Positions 1-10,359 are shown, counted from the stretch's first letter. The stretch: DNA of 64,000 nt from Pyrinomonadaceae bacterium (GCA_035474235.1 DATINM010000051.1:40437-104436), one strand, 5' to 3'. Notes: generated from the letters alone by a model not told the origin. Translations and numbers: made by a program.

Positions 1-798
1 CTTCTCTCGCAGGAGGCGCAGAAGCGCGGCATGACGGAGCGCGCGCTGCTTGAGACGGAGGTCACGGCGAAAGTTCCCGTCATCACCGAGGCGCAGGCGC
101 TCGACTTCTACAACAAGAACAAGGCGCAGATAAACGGCGACTTCACTACGGTCAAGTACCAACTCATCGAGTACCTTCAAAGCAAGGAGGCGGGCAACGT
201 CGAGGGAGCGTTCGCCGGGCGGCTGCGGAACGCCGCCTCTGTCCAGACGTTTCTCACTCCGCCGCCCGCGCCCGCTTACAGGATCGCGACCGACGACCAG
301 CCGGAGAAGGGAAATCCGAAGGCGGCGGTCACGCTCGTCGAGTTCACAGACTACCAGTGCCCTAGCTGCGCGCAGGAGCAGCCCATCATCGAGCGGCTCA
401 TCAATGAGTACGGCGACCGCGTGCGCTTCGTCTTCCGAGACTTCCCGCTACAGCAGCACGCCGACGCCGAGAAGGCAGCCGAAGCTGCCGAGGCCGCCCG
501 CGAACAGGGCAAGTATTGGGACTTCACAGCGATACTCTTCCGCAACCAGTCGCAACTCAAACCCGAAATGCTCAAGCAGTACGCGGGCGTCATCGGACTC
601 GACCGCGCGAAGTTCGACGCGGCGCTCGACTCAGGCAAGTTCGCCGACAAGGTTCGGCGCGACCTTGAAGACGGCCAGAGGATCGGCGTCACCAGCACGC
701 CATCTCTGTTCGTCAACGGCAGCCCCGTCACAAACATTTCATACGAGAGCGTGAAGGCCACGCTCGACGCCGCGCTAAAGAGTTCCTCGAAGCCCTGA
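1..798 (+). CDS. DsbA/thioredoxin-fold thiol:disulfide oxidoreductase; 5' end probably outside the window
   Basis: The frame is open from base 1 to the listed ATG at 31. CPSC active-site motif (FTDYQCPSCAQ). DsbA-like C-terminal half (YWDF..LF..Q, TPSLFVNG). Confidence 0.8.
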   Translation, partial: LLSQEAQKRGMTERALLETEVTAKVPVITEAQALDFYNKNKAQINGDFTTVKYQLIEYLQSKEAGNVEGAFAGRLRNAASVQTFLTPPPAPAYRIATDDQPEKGNPKAAVTLVEFTDYQCPSCAQEQPIIERLINEYGDRVRFVFRDFPLQQHADAEKAAEAAEAAREQGKYWDFTAILFRNQSQLKPEMLKQYAGVIGLDRAKFDAALDSGKFADKVRRDLEDGQRIGVTSTPSLFVNGSPVTNISYESVKATLDAALKSSSKP

Positions 799-1000
799 AG
801 CCTCGCTTCAGTTCGTGCGCCGCTCCGGTCTTTACGGGGCGGCGCATTCATCTGCGGCTCGGCGCAGTGGAAATGTCCGCGTGGCTGCCGCGCGCGCGTA
901 AAATCCGACGCTCGCCGCGAAACTTTATCTCGCCCGGCGGCGATTTTTTGTAACGCACTCCGCCAGCGTAACGTCAACTAAGTTAATGAGGAAGCCTTCC

Positions 1001-2224
1001 ATGAGAAAACTTCTGGCCGCCGCGTCTCTCTTCGTCGTCGCGCTCGTCGCGGCGGCGTCGGCGCAGACCACGACGCCCGCGAACAACGTGCTCGGCGACG
1101 TAATCGCGACCGACGCAGGCACGAAACAGATTTTCGTGAAGACCGACGCGGGCGCGGTCGTCGTCATAACGGTCTCGGACGCGACACGGATTCTGAAGAA
1201 CCCTCCGGGCGAAAAAGGTCTGGACAAGGCGACGCCGATTCAACTCTCCGACATCGTTGCGGGCGACCGCGTACTCGCGCTCGGAAGACCCAGCGCCGAC
1301 GGCAAGACGCTCGTCGGCCCGCGCGTCGTCGTCGTCAACACGAAGTCCGAACTCACGGCGAAGCAGGACGCCGAGCGCGCCGAGTGGCGTCGGCGCGGCA
1401 TCGTCGGCGTCGTCTCCGCTGTGAACCCCGAAGCGAAAGAGATAACGATTCAGACGCGCACGCCCGAAGGCCCCAAACCCGTCGTCATCCCCGCCGGGGC
1501 GAGCGTGAAGCTCCGGCGTTACGCGCCCGACTCGATCAAGTTCGCCGACGCGAAGCCCTCTACGTTCGAGGAGGTGAAGGTCGGCGACCAACTGCGCGCG
1601 AAGGGCGACCGAAGCGAGGACGGCTCGCGCTTCAACGCCGACGAGGTCGTGACCGGCACGTTCCGCACGTCGGTCGGCACGATCACGGCCGTTGACGCCG
1701 CGAAGAACGAGTTTACGATCAAGCAGCTTCAGGGCGACCAGCCGCTGACCGTCGTCGTCCGCGCCGACGCGGTTCTCAAGCAGATTCCGGCGAACGCGAT
1801 GATGGGCGGCGGAGGATTCGGCGGCGCGGGCGGAGCAGCAACAGCAGGCGGCGGCGCGCAAGGCGGCAGGCCGGGCGGGCAGGGCGGCCAAGGTCAGGGT
1901 GCGGGGCAAAGCGGCGGCGCGCAGGGGGCGGGCGGCGGAATGCGTCGCGGCGGAGACTTCATGCAGCAGATGATCGACCGCCTGCCGCCGGTCACGCTCG
2001 CGGACTTGAAGCCGGGGCAGATGGTCGTCGTCTCCAGCACCGTGGGCGCAGACCCGACGCGCGTCACCGCCATCCAACTCGTCTCGAACATCGAGCCGCT
2101 CGTCGCGATGATGTCGCGCAGACCCGGAGGCGCGGGCGGAGCGGGCGCAGGCGCGGGCGGCGGTCTCGGCGGCCTCGGCGCGGGCGGCGGAATCAACTTC
2201 GGCTTCGGCATAGGCCAGCCGTAA
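1001..2224 (+). CDS. Secreted hypothetical protein with a Gly-rich C-terminal region
   Basis: Signal-peptide-like N-terminus (MRKLLAAASLFVVALVAAASAQ). AGGAAG lies 6 nt upstream of the ATG at 1001, which I prefer over the ATG at 986. Long GGxG tracts. No family recognised. Confidence 0.6.
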   Translation: MRKLLAAASLFVVALVAAASAQTTTPANNVLGDVIATDAGTKQIFVKTDAGAVVVITVSDATRILKNPPGEKGLDKATPIQLSDIVAGDRVLALGRPSADGKTLVGPRVVVVNTKSELTAKQDAERAEWRRRGIVGVVSAVNPEAKEITIQTRTPEGPKPVVIPAGASVKLRRYAPDSIKFADAKPSTFEEVKVGDQLRAKGDRSEDGSRFNADEVVTGTFRTSVGTITAVDAAKNEFTIKQLQGDQPLTVVVRADAVLKQIPANAMMGGGGFGGAGGAATAGGGAQGGRPGGQGGQGQGAGQSGGAQGAGGGMRRGGDFMQQMIDRLPPVTLADLKPGQMVVVSSTVGADPTRVTAIQLVSNIEPLVAMMSRRPGGAGGAGAGAGGGLGGLGAGGGINFGFGIGQP

Positions 2225-2230
2225 AGAACC

Positions 2231-2339
2231 ATAGATGAAGGCCGCAAGGATGAAGGATGAACCGAAAGAGCGCAGGCTTTCCCGTTCTTCGCTCTGACCT
2301 CTTCATCGCTCCGGCTTAATCCGCCGTTCGTCATTCATA
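2231..2339. repeat. Imperfect dyad built from GATGAAGG-type units (weak member of the hairpin family)
   Basis: GATGAAGGCCGCAAGGATGAAGGATGAAC faces ...CTCTTCATCG...CGTTCGTCATTCAT. Complementarity is only partial. Confidence 0.35.
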
Positions 2340-2365
2340 GCTCCGATTTATAAAAGGCAGTGATC

Positions 2366-5300
2366 ATGAAAGTCTTTCTGAAAAAACTGGGACGAGGTCT
2401 GTCGGTCGCCGTCGTCGTCGCGCTCGCGTGCGTTGGCGCTGCGGCGCAGCAGTCGGGGACGGGGACTCTGCGCGGGCAGGTGACGGACGAACTCGGCGGC
2501 GTCGTCATCGGCGCGACCGTCACCGCGGTTGACCCGACCGGCAAAGAGAAGACGGCGACGACGGGCAGCGACGGCAACTTCGTCATTCCCGCGCTCGCGC
2601 CCGGCAAGTACACTCTGCGCGCCATCGCGCCCGGCTTCGCCCTGTACGAGAAGGCGGAGGTTGACGTGCAGCCGACCACGACAGCGCCGCTGAAGATCGT
2701 GCTCAGCGTCTCGCTCGAAAAGGAGGAGGTGACGGTCGCATCCGAGAGTCCCGTCAACGTTGACGACGCAAGCGCGGGCGCAATCGTCATCAAAGGCAAA
2801 GACATCGACGCTCTGCCCGACGACCCGGACGAACTCGCCGCCGCGCTCTCGGCGCTCGCGGGGCCCGCCGCAGGCCCGAACGGCGGTCAGATTTTGATCG
2901 ACGGCTTCGAGGGCGGACGCATCCCTCCGAAGGACTCGATACGCGAGATTCGCGTCAACGACAACCCGCTCTCAGCCGAGCGCGACCAGCCGGGTTTTGG
3001 AGGCATACAGATTTTCACGAAGCCCGGCACGGACAAACTTCGCGGAAGTCTTTCGGGGACGTTCAACGACGAGAGCATGAACTCGCGCAATCCTTTTCTC
3101 AGAAGCCCGAAGCGGCCGCCGTTCCAGTTCCGACAGTTCGGCGGCAACCTTTCGGACTCGATCATTCCGAAGAAGGCTTCCTTCTTCCTTGACTTCGAGC
3201 GCGGCGCGACCGACGACAACGACCTCGTCAACGCCATAGTGCTCGACCCGACGACGCTTTTGCCTGTTGCCTTCAACGATGCCGTGCTTGTCCCGCGCCG
3301 TCGCCTCAATACGAGCGTGCGCGTTGACTCTCAACTCAGCAAAAGCAACACGCTCGTTGCGCGCTACAACTATTTCAGTGATAGTTTGAAGAATCTGGGC
3401 GTCTCGCAGTTCTCTCTGCCGGAGCGGGCCTACGACCAGTCCGACAGAGGGCACACTGTGCAACTGACGGACACGGCAGTCATCAACAAGAAGACGGTCA
3501 ACGAGACGCGCTTTCAGTTCATACACAACCACGTCAGCCAGACCGCGCTCAACAACGGACTCGACATAACCGTGCTCGACGCATTCAACTCAGGCGGCGC
3601 TCCCGGCGGCGACTCGTTCAACAACACGAGCCGCTGGGAGGTGACGAACACGACGACGGTCGCCGAAGGTTTGCATTCGATCAAGTTCGGCGCTCGGCTG
3701 CGCGGCGTCAGCGTCTCGGACTTCTCCGAGGGCAACTTCAACGGCACTTTCACCTTCGGCGGCTCGCGCGCTTTCACCGCATCGCAGATAACGAGCCTCG
3801 AACGCTTTCAGGAGACAGAGCAGTTACTTCACTCCGGCGCTAGTCCGGCGCAGATCGCAGCCGCCGGACTCGGGCCCACGCAGTTCACAATCGCGGGCGG
3901 TCAGCCGCTCGCCGAGATCAGCCAGATAGACTTCGGCGGCTTCGTGCAGGACGACTGGAAGGTGCGCCAGAATCTAACGCTCGGCGGTGGACTGCGCTAC
4001 GAGGCGCAGTCGAACATCAGCGACCACTTCGATCTTGCGCCGCGCGTTTACATGGCATGGTCGCCCGACGGCAAAGCAGGGAAGCCCGCGAAGACCGTCA
4101 TACGTCTCGGCTTCGGCATCTTCTACGACCGCATCGCCGAAAGCTTCGCTCTCAGCGACGAGCGCTTCAACGGCGTCAACCAGCAGCAGTTCATCATCAG
4201 CGCGCCGCTTCCGGGCGACACTTCGCCGCTCGCGCAGCAGGCCGTCTCTATCCTGAGCCGGTTTCCTTTAGTCCCGACCATAAGCCAGTTGAGCGCGTTC
4301 CAATTGCCGCAGGCGACGCGCAGGATTGACCCGAACGCCAGAGCGCCGTACTCCTACATTACCGGCGTCATCGTCTCGCGGCAGTTGACGAAGACGCTCA
4401 CGCTCAACGTCTTCGGCTCGACCTACGACACGCGCCACGTCCTTCGCGCCCGAAACATCAACGCGCCATTCAACGGCGGCGCGCGACCGCAGCCCACGCT
4501 CGGCGATATCTACGAATACGAGACTTCGGGGACGCTCAACCAGAAGCAGATCAACTTCGGCCTCACCGATCAAGTTAGTCGCAACCTCAGCTTCTTCGCC
4601 AACTACACACTCTCGAAGGTTGACAGCGACACGGACTTCGGCGGATTTCCCGTCAACCAGTACGACCTGAGCGGCGAGTACGGGCGCGCTTCATTCGAGC
4701 AGCGGCAACGATTCACGCTCTTCTCTAATGTCAACATCCCGCGCGTGCTGCTTTCGTTTACACCCATCATCATCGCTTCGAGCGGTCGCCCCTTCAACAT
4801 CACGACGGGCTTCGACAACAACGGCGATGGCATCTTCAACGACCGGCCAGCGTTCGCCGATTCGCAGACCACCGCGGCAGACCTTCGACACACGCGCTTT
4901 GGCGACTTCGACATCAACCCGAAGCCGGGCCAGAAGATCATCCCACGCAACTTCGGACAAAGCCCCGGCTTCTTCGCCGTCAACCTGCGCGTGGGCCGAA
5001 CCTTCAGCTTCGGCGCATTGCCGGGCGCACAAAACCGCGTGGCGCAGAACGGAGGCGAACAGGGACAGGGCAGCAATCGCGGTCAGGGTAATAACCGGGG
5101 CGCGCGTGGCGGCGGTGGCGGCTTCGGAGGCGGAGGTTTCGGCGGCGTCGGAGGCGGCCCGCGCGGCGGTGGCGGCGGCGGCGGTGGTGGCGGCGGCGGT
5201 TTCTCCGGGGGCGGTGCGGGCGAGCAGAAGCGTTACTCTCTGAACCTTTCGCTCAACTTCATCAACCTGCTTAACAACACGAACTTTGCATCCCCTGTCG

Positions 5301-5419
5301 GCAATCTTACGTCGCCTTTGTTCGGCCAGTCGCTTTCATCCGTCGGCGGTTTCGGCGTCGCGGGTAATCCGAACTCCGGCAACCGGCGCATACAGGCTTC
5401 CGTGCGATTCAGCTTCTGA
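2366..5419 (+). CDS. TonB-dependent receptor-like outer-membrane protein with an N-terminal carboxypeptidase-regulatory-like domain
   Basis: Signal peptide. GTLRGQVTDELGGVVIGATVTAVD...GNFVIPALAPGKYTLRA (CarboxypepD_reg-like). Plug-like segment (ILIDG..GG). C-terminal beta-barrel ending ...RIQASVRFSF. Poly-Gly insert near the C-terminus. Confidence 0.8.
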   Translation: MKVFLKKLGRGLSVAVVVALACVGAAAQQSGTGTLRGQVTDELGGVVIGATVTAVDPTGKEKTATTGSDGNFVIPALAPGKYTLRAIAPGFALYEKAEVDVQPTTTAPLKIVLSVSLEKEEVTVASESPVNVDDASAGAIVIKGKDIDALPDDPDELAAALSALAGPAAGPNGGQILIDGFEGGRIPPKDSIREIRVNDNPLSAERDQPGFGGIQIFTKPGTDKLRGSLSGTFNDESMNSRNPFLRSPKRPPFQFRQFGGNLSDSIIPKKASFFLDFERGATDDNDLVNAIVLDPTTLLPVAFNDAVLVPRRRLNTSVRVDSQLSKSNTLVARYNYFSDSLKNLGVSQFSLPERAYDQSDRGHTVQLTDTAVINKKTVNETRFQFIHNHVSQTALNNGLDITVLDAFNSGGAPGGDSFNNTSRWEVTNTTTVAEGLHSIKFGARLRGVSVSDFSEGNFNGTFTFGGSRAFTASQITSLERFQETEQLLHSGASPAQIAAAGLGPTQFTIAGGQPLAEISQIDFGGFVQDDWKVRQNLTLGGGLRYEAQSNISDHFDLAPRVYMAWSPDGKAGKPAKTVIRLGFGIFYDRIAESFALSDERFNGVNQQQFIISAPLPGDTSPLAQQAVSILSRFPLVPTISQLSAFQLPQATRRIDPNARAPYSYITGVIVSRQLTKTLTLNVFGSTYDTRHVLRARNINAPFNGGARPQPTLGDIYEYETSGTLNQKQINFGLTDQVSRNLSFFANYTLSKVDSDTDFGGFPVNQYDLSGEYGRASFEQRQRFTLFSNVNIPRVLLSFTPIIIASSGRPFNITTGFDNNGDGIFNDRPAFADSQTTAADLRHTRFGDFDINPKPGQKIIPRNFGQSPGFFAVNLRVGRTFSFGALPGAQNRVAQNGGEQGQGSNRGQGNNRGARGGGGGFGGGGFGGVGGGPRGGGGGGGGGGGGFSGGGAGEQKRYSLNLSLNFINLLNNTNFASPVGNLTSPLFGQSLSSVGGFGVAGNPNSGNRRIQASVRFSF

Positions 5420-5465
5420 CGAAGACGACACCACGGGCCCGGCAGTGCGCGCGAACTCGAACGCG

Positions 5466-5523
5466 CAAACACGAAGGGCACGAAGAAAGAGTCTCAACTC
5501 TTTCTTCGTGCCCTTCGTGTTTG
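5466..5523. terminator. Perfect 27-bp-stem hairpin between convergent genes (candidate bidirectional terminator; CACGAAG-unit arms)
   Basis: CAAACACGAAGGGCACGAAGAAAGAGT / loop CTCA / ACTCTTTCTTCGTGCCCTTCGTGTTTG, read directly. It lies between the receptor stop (5419) and the frr stop (5580). Confidence 0.75.
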
Positions 5524-5579
5524 CTGACGCCGACGCGAACAACTCGTCCGCCCCGCAGCGTTCTGTTCTTCGCGTGGAC

Positions 5580-6140
5580 TCAGACGCTCAGAATCTCGTG
5601 CTCCTTCGACTTCGCAAGCTCGTCCACTTTGCCGACGAACGTGTCCGTCATCCTCTGCACCTCGTCGAGCGCGTCGCGCTCCGCGTCCTCGGAGATCTGC
5701 TTCTCCTTGAGCATCTTCCTGAGCCGGTCGTTTGCGTCGCGACGGACGTTGCGTATCGCCGTGCGGTGTTCCTCGGCGACCTCGTGAACCTGCTTGGCTA
5801 ACTGCCTGCGCCTCTCCTCCGTGAGCGGAGGAACTGGCACGCGCACCAGCTTGCCGTCGTTCGACGGGTTGAGGCCGAGGTCTGCGGAGCGTATCGCCTT
5901 CTCGATTGCGCCAAGCTGCGTCTGATCCCACGGCTGCACCGTCAGCATGTTCGGTTCCGGCGCATGCACCGACGCCATCTGGCTCAGCGGAGTCGGCGTG
6001 CCGTAGTATTCGACAACCACCGAGTCGAGCAGGCTAACCGCCGCGCGCCCCGTCCGAATCGTCGCAAGCTTCTTCCTCAAGTCCTCGACCGCCCCCTCCA
6101 TCCGCGGGCGCGTCTCCCTGATGACATCCTTCTCACTCAT
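5580..6140 (-). CDS. frr: Ribosome recycling factor
   Basis: MSEKDVIRETRPRMEGAVEDLRKKLATIRTGRA...LGLNPSNDGKLVRVPVPPLTEERR is a classic Frr sequence. The start was trimmed to the ATG at 6140 because the ORF-track extension (..LSLITYHSE..) translates the hairpin repeat. GGAGAG lies upstream. Confidence 0.93.
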   Translation of the reverse strand: MSEKDVIRETRPRMEGAVEDLRKKLATIRTGRAAVSLLDSVVVEYYGTPTPLSQMASVHAPEPNMLTVQPWDQTQLGAIEKAIRSADLGLNPSNDGKLVRVPVPPLTEERRRQLAKQVHEVAEEHRTAIRNVRRDANDRLRKMLKEKQISEDAERDALDEVQRMTDTFVGKVDELAKSKEHEILSV

Positions 6141-6151
6141 GTCTCTCTCCG

Positions 6152-6222
6152 AGTGATAAGTGATGAGTGATAAGAAGTCGAGTCCGCTTTTTCTTATCAC
6201 TTATCACTCATCACTTATCACT
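6152..6222. repeat. Heptamer-built hairpin (GTGATAA/GTGATGA units) filling the pyrH-frr spacer
   Basis: Left arm AGTGATAAGTGATGAGTGATAAGAA. The reverse complement of the right arm is AGTGATAAGTGATGAGTGATAAGTGATAAGAA, which has one extra 7-nt unit. It overlaps the pyrH stop codon. Confidence 0.85.
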
Positions 6223-6967
6223 GTTTAAGGTTTTCGTTGAAGACTCGCGTGCCGACCGTCTCGCCCGCGACGACGCGGACGATGTTGCCGGGCGTTTTCA
6301 TGTCGAAGACGACGATGGGCAGGTCGTTGTCCATGCACAAAGAGATGGCGGAGGCGTCCATCACCGCGAGCCGCTGCTCCAAGACCTCTCGGTACGTGAT
6401 GCAATCGTAGCGCGTCGCCGTCACGTCTTTAACAGGATCAGCCGTGTAAACTCCGTCCACCTTCGTCGCCTTCAGGATAACGTCGGCCTTGATTTCGAGC
6501 GCGCGAAGCGCCGCAGCAGAGTCGGTCGTGAAATACGGGTTGCCCGTCCCCGCGGCGAAGATGACGACGCGCCCCTTTTCCAGATGGCGCACGGCGCGGC
6601 GGCGTATGAAAGGCTCCGCGACCTGCGGGATGTTGATCGCCGAGAGGACCCGCGTATGCACGCCGACTTTTTCGAGCGCGTCCTGCAAGACGACGGCGTT
6701 CATCACGGTCGCGAGCATCCCGATGTAGTCGGCTGAAGAGCGATCCATGTCGCCCGCGCTCTCCGAGACGCCGCGAAAGATGTTGCCGCCCCCGACGACC
6801 ACTGCGACCTCGACGCCGAGCGCGCGCACGTCCCTGATCTCCCCGGCAATCGCGCGCGCCACGCCAACGTCAACGCCGTAATTCTGCGCGCCCATCAGCG
6901 CCTCGCCCGAAGCCTTCAGCAGAATGCGTCGGTAGGCCGCGCTCGTCGTCTTTGTTTCGGCTATCAT
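6218..6967 (-). CDS. pyrH: UMP kinase
   Basis: [15 protein letters not shown]...[13 protein letters not shown]...MLATVMNA..L; full-length UMP kinase signature. Confidence 0.95.
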   Translation of the reverse strand: MIAETKTTSAAYRRILLKASGEALMGAQNYGVDVGVARAIAGEIRDVRALGVEVAVVVGGGNIFRGVSESAGDMDRSSADYIGMLATVMNAVVLQDALEKVGVHTRVLSAINIPQVAEPFIRRRAVRHLEKGRVVIFAAGTGNPYFTTDSAAALRALEIKADVILKATKVDGVYTADPVKDVTATRYDCITYREVLEQRLAVMDASAISLCMDNDLPIVVFDMKTPGNIVRVVAGETVGTRVFNENLKQ

Positions 6968-6970
6968 TTT

Positions 6971-7060
6971 TTTAGAGTCCGGAGTCTCCGGGTCTGGAGT
7001 CCGAAGTCAAAGCAGTTCGTCTCGACTTCGGATTCCAGACCCCGAGACTCCGGACTTAAA
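6971..7060. repeat. Long hairpin (GAGTCCG/GAGTCTC units) filling the tsf-pyrH spacer
   Basis: TTTAGAGTCCGGAGTCTCCGGGTCTGGAGTCCGAAGTC compared with the reverse complement of the right arm, TTTAAGTCCGGAGTCTCGGGGTCTGGAATCCGAAGTC. Nearly perfect stem of about 37 bp. Confidence 0.85.
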
Positions 7061-7062
7061 GT

Positions 7063-7734
<672 letters not shown>

Positions 7735-7754
7735 GTCTTAAAATCTCCTCGTAT

Positions 7755-7875
7755 GAAATGATGAATGCTGAAATGATGAATGGGTGTTAGGTTTTGGGTG
7801 TTAGGTGCTGGCTACTCTTTACCAGAACCAAACGCCTGGCATCAAAACCCTCTCTCCTTCACTTAGCATTCAGCG
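7755..7875. repeat. Tandem direct repeats plus an imperfect dyad in the rpsB-tsf spacer
   Basis: GAAATGATGAATGCT/GAAATGATGAATGGG (15-mer x2), then GGGTGTTAGGTTTT/GGGTGTTAGGTGCT (14-mer x2). The downstream half (CCAGAACCAAACGCCTGGCATCAAAACCC...CATTCAGC) is only partly complementary. Confidence 0.5.
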
Positions 7876-7884
7876 TTATAAGAA

Positions 7885-7926
7885 AGCGCAGCCCGGCGGG
7901 TTCATCCGCACTTTCGGGGCTGCGCT
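7885..7926 (-). terminator. Stem-loop downstream of rpsB (terminator-like)
   Basis: AGCGCAGCCC ... GGGCTGCGCT is a 10-bp GC stem. On the minus strand it is followed by TTTCTT. Confidence 0.45.
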
Positions 7927-7977
7927 CGCCGTTGTCTGAAAGTTGAAAGCTTCGCCGTGCAGGCTTCGGCGGCTGGC

Positions 7978-9036
7978 TCACTTGGCCGCGCCGACCGTCT
8001 CCGCGCCCTTCTCCTGTTCGGGCGAAGACTGCGGCTCCGTGCCTCCGGCTTCGCCCGCGCCCGACGCGCCGCGCACGGGCGCATGAGTCCCCGTCTGCTC
8101 GTGATCGCCGACGCTGTCGGGCTGCTGTCCCGTCGTCGCGAAGCCCTTGTTTCCGGGCACGGAAACTTGCGTCTCGTTCGACGGCGCGGCGGCCTGCATG
8201 TCCGTGATATTCTCGGACTGCTTGCCGGGTTCGCCCTCGGTCGTGATCGAAGAGTTGGCGACGCGCGCGGTGGGCTGTGCGGCTGTCGTCTGGGACGAAG
8301 CCTCGGCCTGAGCCTGCTCGTCCGCATCCTCGTCGCCCTTCGTGTTCACCTGCTGTCCCTCGATGACGGCGTCGGCGATGCGCGACGCGAAGAGGCGCAC
8401 GGCGCGCAACGCGTCGTCGTTTCCGGGGATGATGTAGTCGATGCCTTCGGGCGAGCAGTTTGTGTCAACGACGGCGATGATGGGGATGCCGAGGCGGTTC
8501 GCCTCCTTGACGGCGATGTCTTCCTTGCGAACGTCTATGACGAAAAGCGCGTCGGGCAGACGCGTCATGTTCTTGATGCCCGAAAGATTCTTGTCGAGAA
8601 TCTCGCGCTCGCGGTCGAGCTTGATGCGCTCCTTCTTCGTCATCTTCTCGTAGCGGCCGTCGGTCTGCATCGCTTCGAGATCGCGCAGACGCTTGATTGA
8701 TTTCTGCACGGTCTGGAAGTTTGTGAGCAGGCCGCCGAGCCAGCGCTGATTGATGTAATACTGCCCGGCCCTTTCGGCCTCCTCGCGGATGGCGTCCTGC
8801 GCCTGCCGCTTGGTGCCGACGAAGAGGATGTTGCGCCCGCGCTCCTCGCCCATCATGGACGCGACGAACGCGATTGCGTCGCGAAACATCTTCTGCGTCT
8901 TCTGAAGGTCAATAATGTTAATGCCGTTGCGCTCGCCGAAGATGTACTCCTTCATCTTCGGGTTCCAGCGCCTGACCTGGTGGCCGAAGTGCACGCCGGC
9001 CTCCAAGAGTTCTTTCATCGTGACGGTGACTGCCAA
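7978..9036 (-). CDS. rpsB: 30S ribosomal protein S2 with a low-complexity C-terminal extension of about 110 aa
   Basis: [41 protein letters not shown]... is a canonical S2 core, followed by an acidic/Q/T/G-rich tail. Confidence 0.95.
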   Translation of the reverse strand: MAVTVTMKELLEAGVHFGHQVRRWNPKMKEYIFGERNGINIIDLQKTQKMFRDAIAFVASMMGEERGRNILFVGTKRQAQDAIREEAERAGQYYINQRWLGGLLTNFQTVQKSIKRLRDLEAMQTDGRYEKMTKKERIKLDREREILDKNLSGIKNMTRLPDALFVIDVRKEDIAVKEANRLGIPIIAVVDTNCSPEGIDYIIPGNDDALRAVRLFASRIADAVIEGQQVNTKGDEDADEQAQAEASSQTTAAQPTARVANSSITTEGEPGKQSENITDMQAAAPSNETQVSVPGNKGFATTGQQPDSVGDHEQTGTHAPVRGASGAGEAGGTEPQSSPEQEKGAETVGAAK

Positions 9037-9125
9037 ACTAACCCTCCTTAGGTCTTGATTGGTTTATTGTACTCGCCGCGCCTCAAGCGACCCCGTTCGG
9101 GAGCAACCAACCGAGGCGCGACAAT

Positions 9126-9210
9126 GGTTTTCAGTTTTCAGTCTCCGGTTTTCAGTTTTCAGCAAGAGCGTGTGGCTTTACTGAAAACTGAAAACCGGAG
9201 ACTGAAAACC
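9126..9210. repeat. Heptamer-built hairpin (TTTTCAG units) filling the rpsI-rpsB spacer
   Basis: Left arm GGTTTTCAGTTTTCAGTCTCCGGTTTTCAGTTTTCAG. The reverse complement of the right arm is GGTTTTCAGTCTCCGGTTTTCAGTTTTCAG. The left arm carries one extra TTTTCAG unit. Confidence 0.85.
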
Positions 9211-9213
9211 GCT

Positions 9214-9606
9214 TTAGCGTTTCGAGAACTGGAAGCGCTTACGCGCGCCCTTCTGCCCGTACTTCTTGCGCTCCTTGGCGCGCGGGTCGCGCGTGACGAG
9301 TCCGGCGTCCTTGAGCGCGGGGCGGAGGTCGGCGTTGAACTCCATCAGCGCGCGCGTGATGCCGTGGCGCACCGCGCCGGCTTGGCCCGCGGGGCCGCCG
9401 CCCGCGACGTTTACGACGATGTCGAACTTGCTCGCAGTGTCGGTGAGCGTCAAGGGCTGGCGGATGATCATGCGCAGCGCCTGATTGGGGAAGTACTGCT
9501 CGAAAGTCTTTTTGTTGACCTTGAACTCGCCCGTGCCCGGCCTCAAGTAAACGCGCGCGGTGGAAGTCTTGCGCCGTCCCGTCCCGTAATACTGAATGTC
9601 TGCCAC
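9214..9606 (-). CDS. rpsI: 30S ribosomal protein S9
   Basis: [21 protein letters not shown]...[16 protein letters not shown] is a canonical S9 sequence. Confidence 0.96.
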   Translation of the reverse strand: MADIQYYGTGRRKTSTARVYLRPGTGEFKVNKKTFEQYFPNQALRMIIRQPLTLTDTASKFDIVVNVAGGGPAGQAGAVRHGITRALMEFNADLRPALKDAGLVTRDPRAKERKKYGQKGARKRFQFSKR

Positions 9607-9633
9607 AGTTCCTCTTCCTTCAAGTAACTTCGT

Positions 9634-10101
9634 TTATGCCTTCTGCGCGGCGACGCGGGCGCTCAAGCGGAGCGGCTCGGGGCGCTGCGCCGCGTGTCGG
9701 CGAAGACCCTCGTCGTCGGCGTAAACTTTGAGCTTCTTCGCCATCGCCTTGCCGAGCTTGTTCTTCGGGAGCATTCCACGCACGGCGAGTTCGATGACGC
9801 GCTCCGGGTGACGCTCGAACTGGTCGCGCACCGAAACCTCTCGGAGTCCGCCGGGGTAGAGCGTGTGACGGCGATAGACCTTCTGCTCGTTCTTCGACCC
9901 TTTGAAGACGGCCTTGCTCGCATTGACGACGATGACGTGGTCGCCCGTATCCATGAAGGGCGTGTACTGTGGCTTGTTCTTGCCGGTGAGCACGCGCGCG
10001 ACTTCGGTAGCGAGACGACCGACGGTTTGGCCCGCCGCGTCAACGACGTACCACTTGCGATTCTCAGCGAGCGAGTCCCCGCTGGGGAAATAGGTTGACA
10101 T
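9634..10101 (-). CDS. rplM: 50S ribosomal protein L13
   Basis: [46 protein letters not shown]. The start was trimmed to the ATG at 10101 (MSTYFP...). Confidence 0.95.
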   Translation of the reverse strand: MSTYFPSGDSLAENRKWYVVDAAGQTVGRLATEVARVLTGKNKPQYTPFMDTGDHVIVVNASKAVFKGSKNEQKVYRRHTLYPGGLREVSVRDQFERHPERVIELAVRGMLPKNKLGKAMAKKLKVYADDEGLRRHAAQRPEPLRLSARVAAQKA

Positions 10102-10292
10102 AGATAATTCTCTCAATTTTAAGCGTCTAAAACGCGAACGGCTAGAATACGAAACGGCCTTTTTGTTGTCAAGCAGCGGCGGGCACGGTCTTAGTCGAAG
10201 CGAAAGGACGGCGTTCGCGGAAACTTGCAAGGGTCGGCCACAGGGCGTCCCGCGCGTCGCCGGACTTCTTTTTTCCTGCGCCCTCCGAACTG

Positions 10293-10326
10293 AAGGCTCT
10301 CAGGATAGCTATCCTGAGAGCCTTCT
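10293..10326. terminator. Perfect 34-bp palindrome downstream of the M48 peptidase gene
   Basis: GAAGGCTCTCAGGATAGCTATCCTGAGAGCCTTC, read directly. There is no clear U-tract on the minus strand. Confidence 0.5.
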
Positions 10327-10359
10327 TGATCGTCCCGGCTGCTTCGGCCTCCGCTGAAT

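Noticed and set aside
983-2077. Long antisense or out-of-frame ORFs throughout the ORF track. Examples: 983-2077(-), 12272-13066(-), 13127-14380(-), 16410-17801(-), 18316-19704(-), 22984-24015(+), 24123-25370(-), 24410-25435(+), 31173-32123(-), 32120-33148(-), 34994-36046(+), 50684-51802(+), 61025-61864(-).
   Set aside because: They overlap genes with clear homology-type signatures on the other strand or frame. Their products are Arg/Ala/Pro/Gly-rich with no motifs, which is the expected stop-codon-poor artefact of very GC-rich DNA.
6141-6200. N-terminal extensions of frr, rplM, queA, ruvB, BMC-P1, BMC-P2 and others in the ORF track (peptides such as [43 protein letters not shown]).
   Set aside because: These residues are translations of the intergenic hairpin repeats. 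In each case an internal ATG reproduces the canonical N-terminus of the family.
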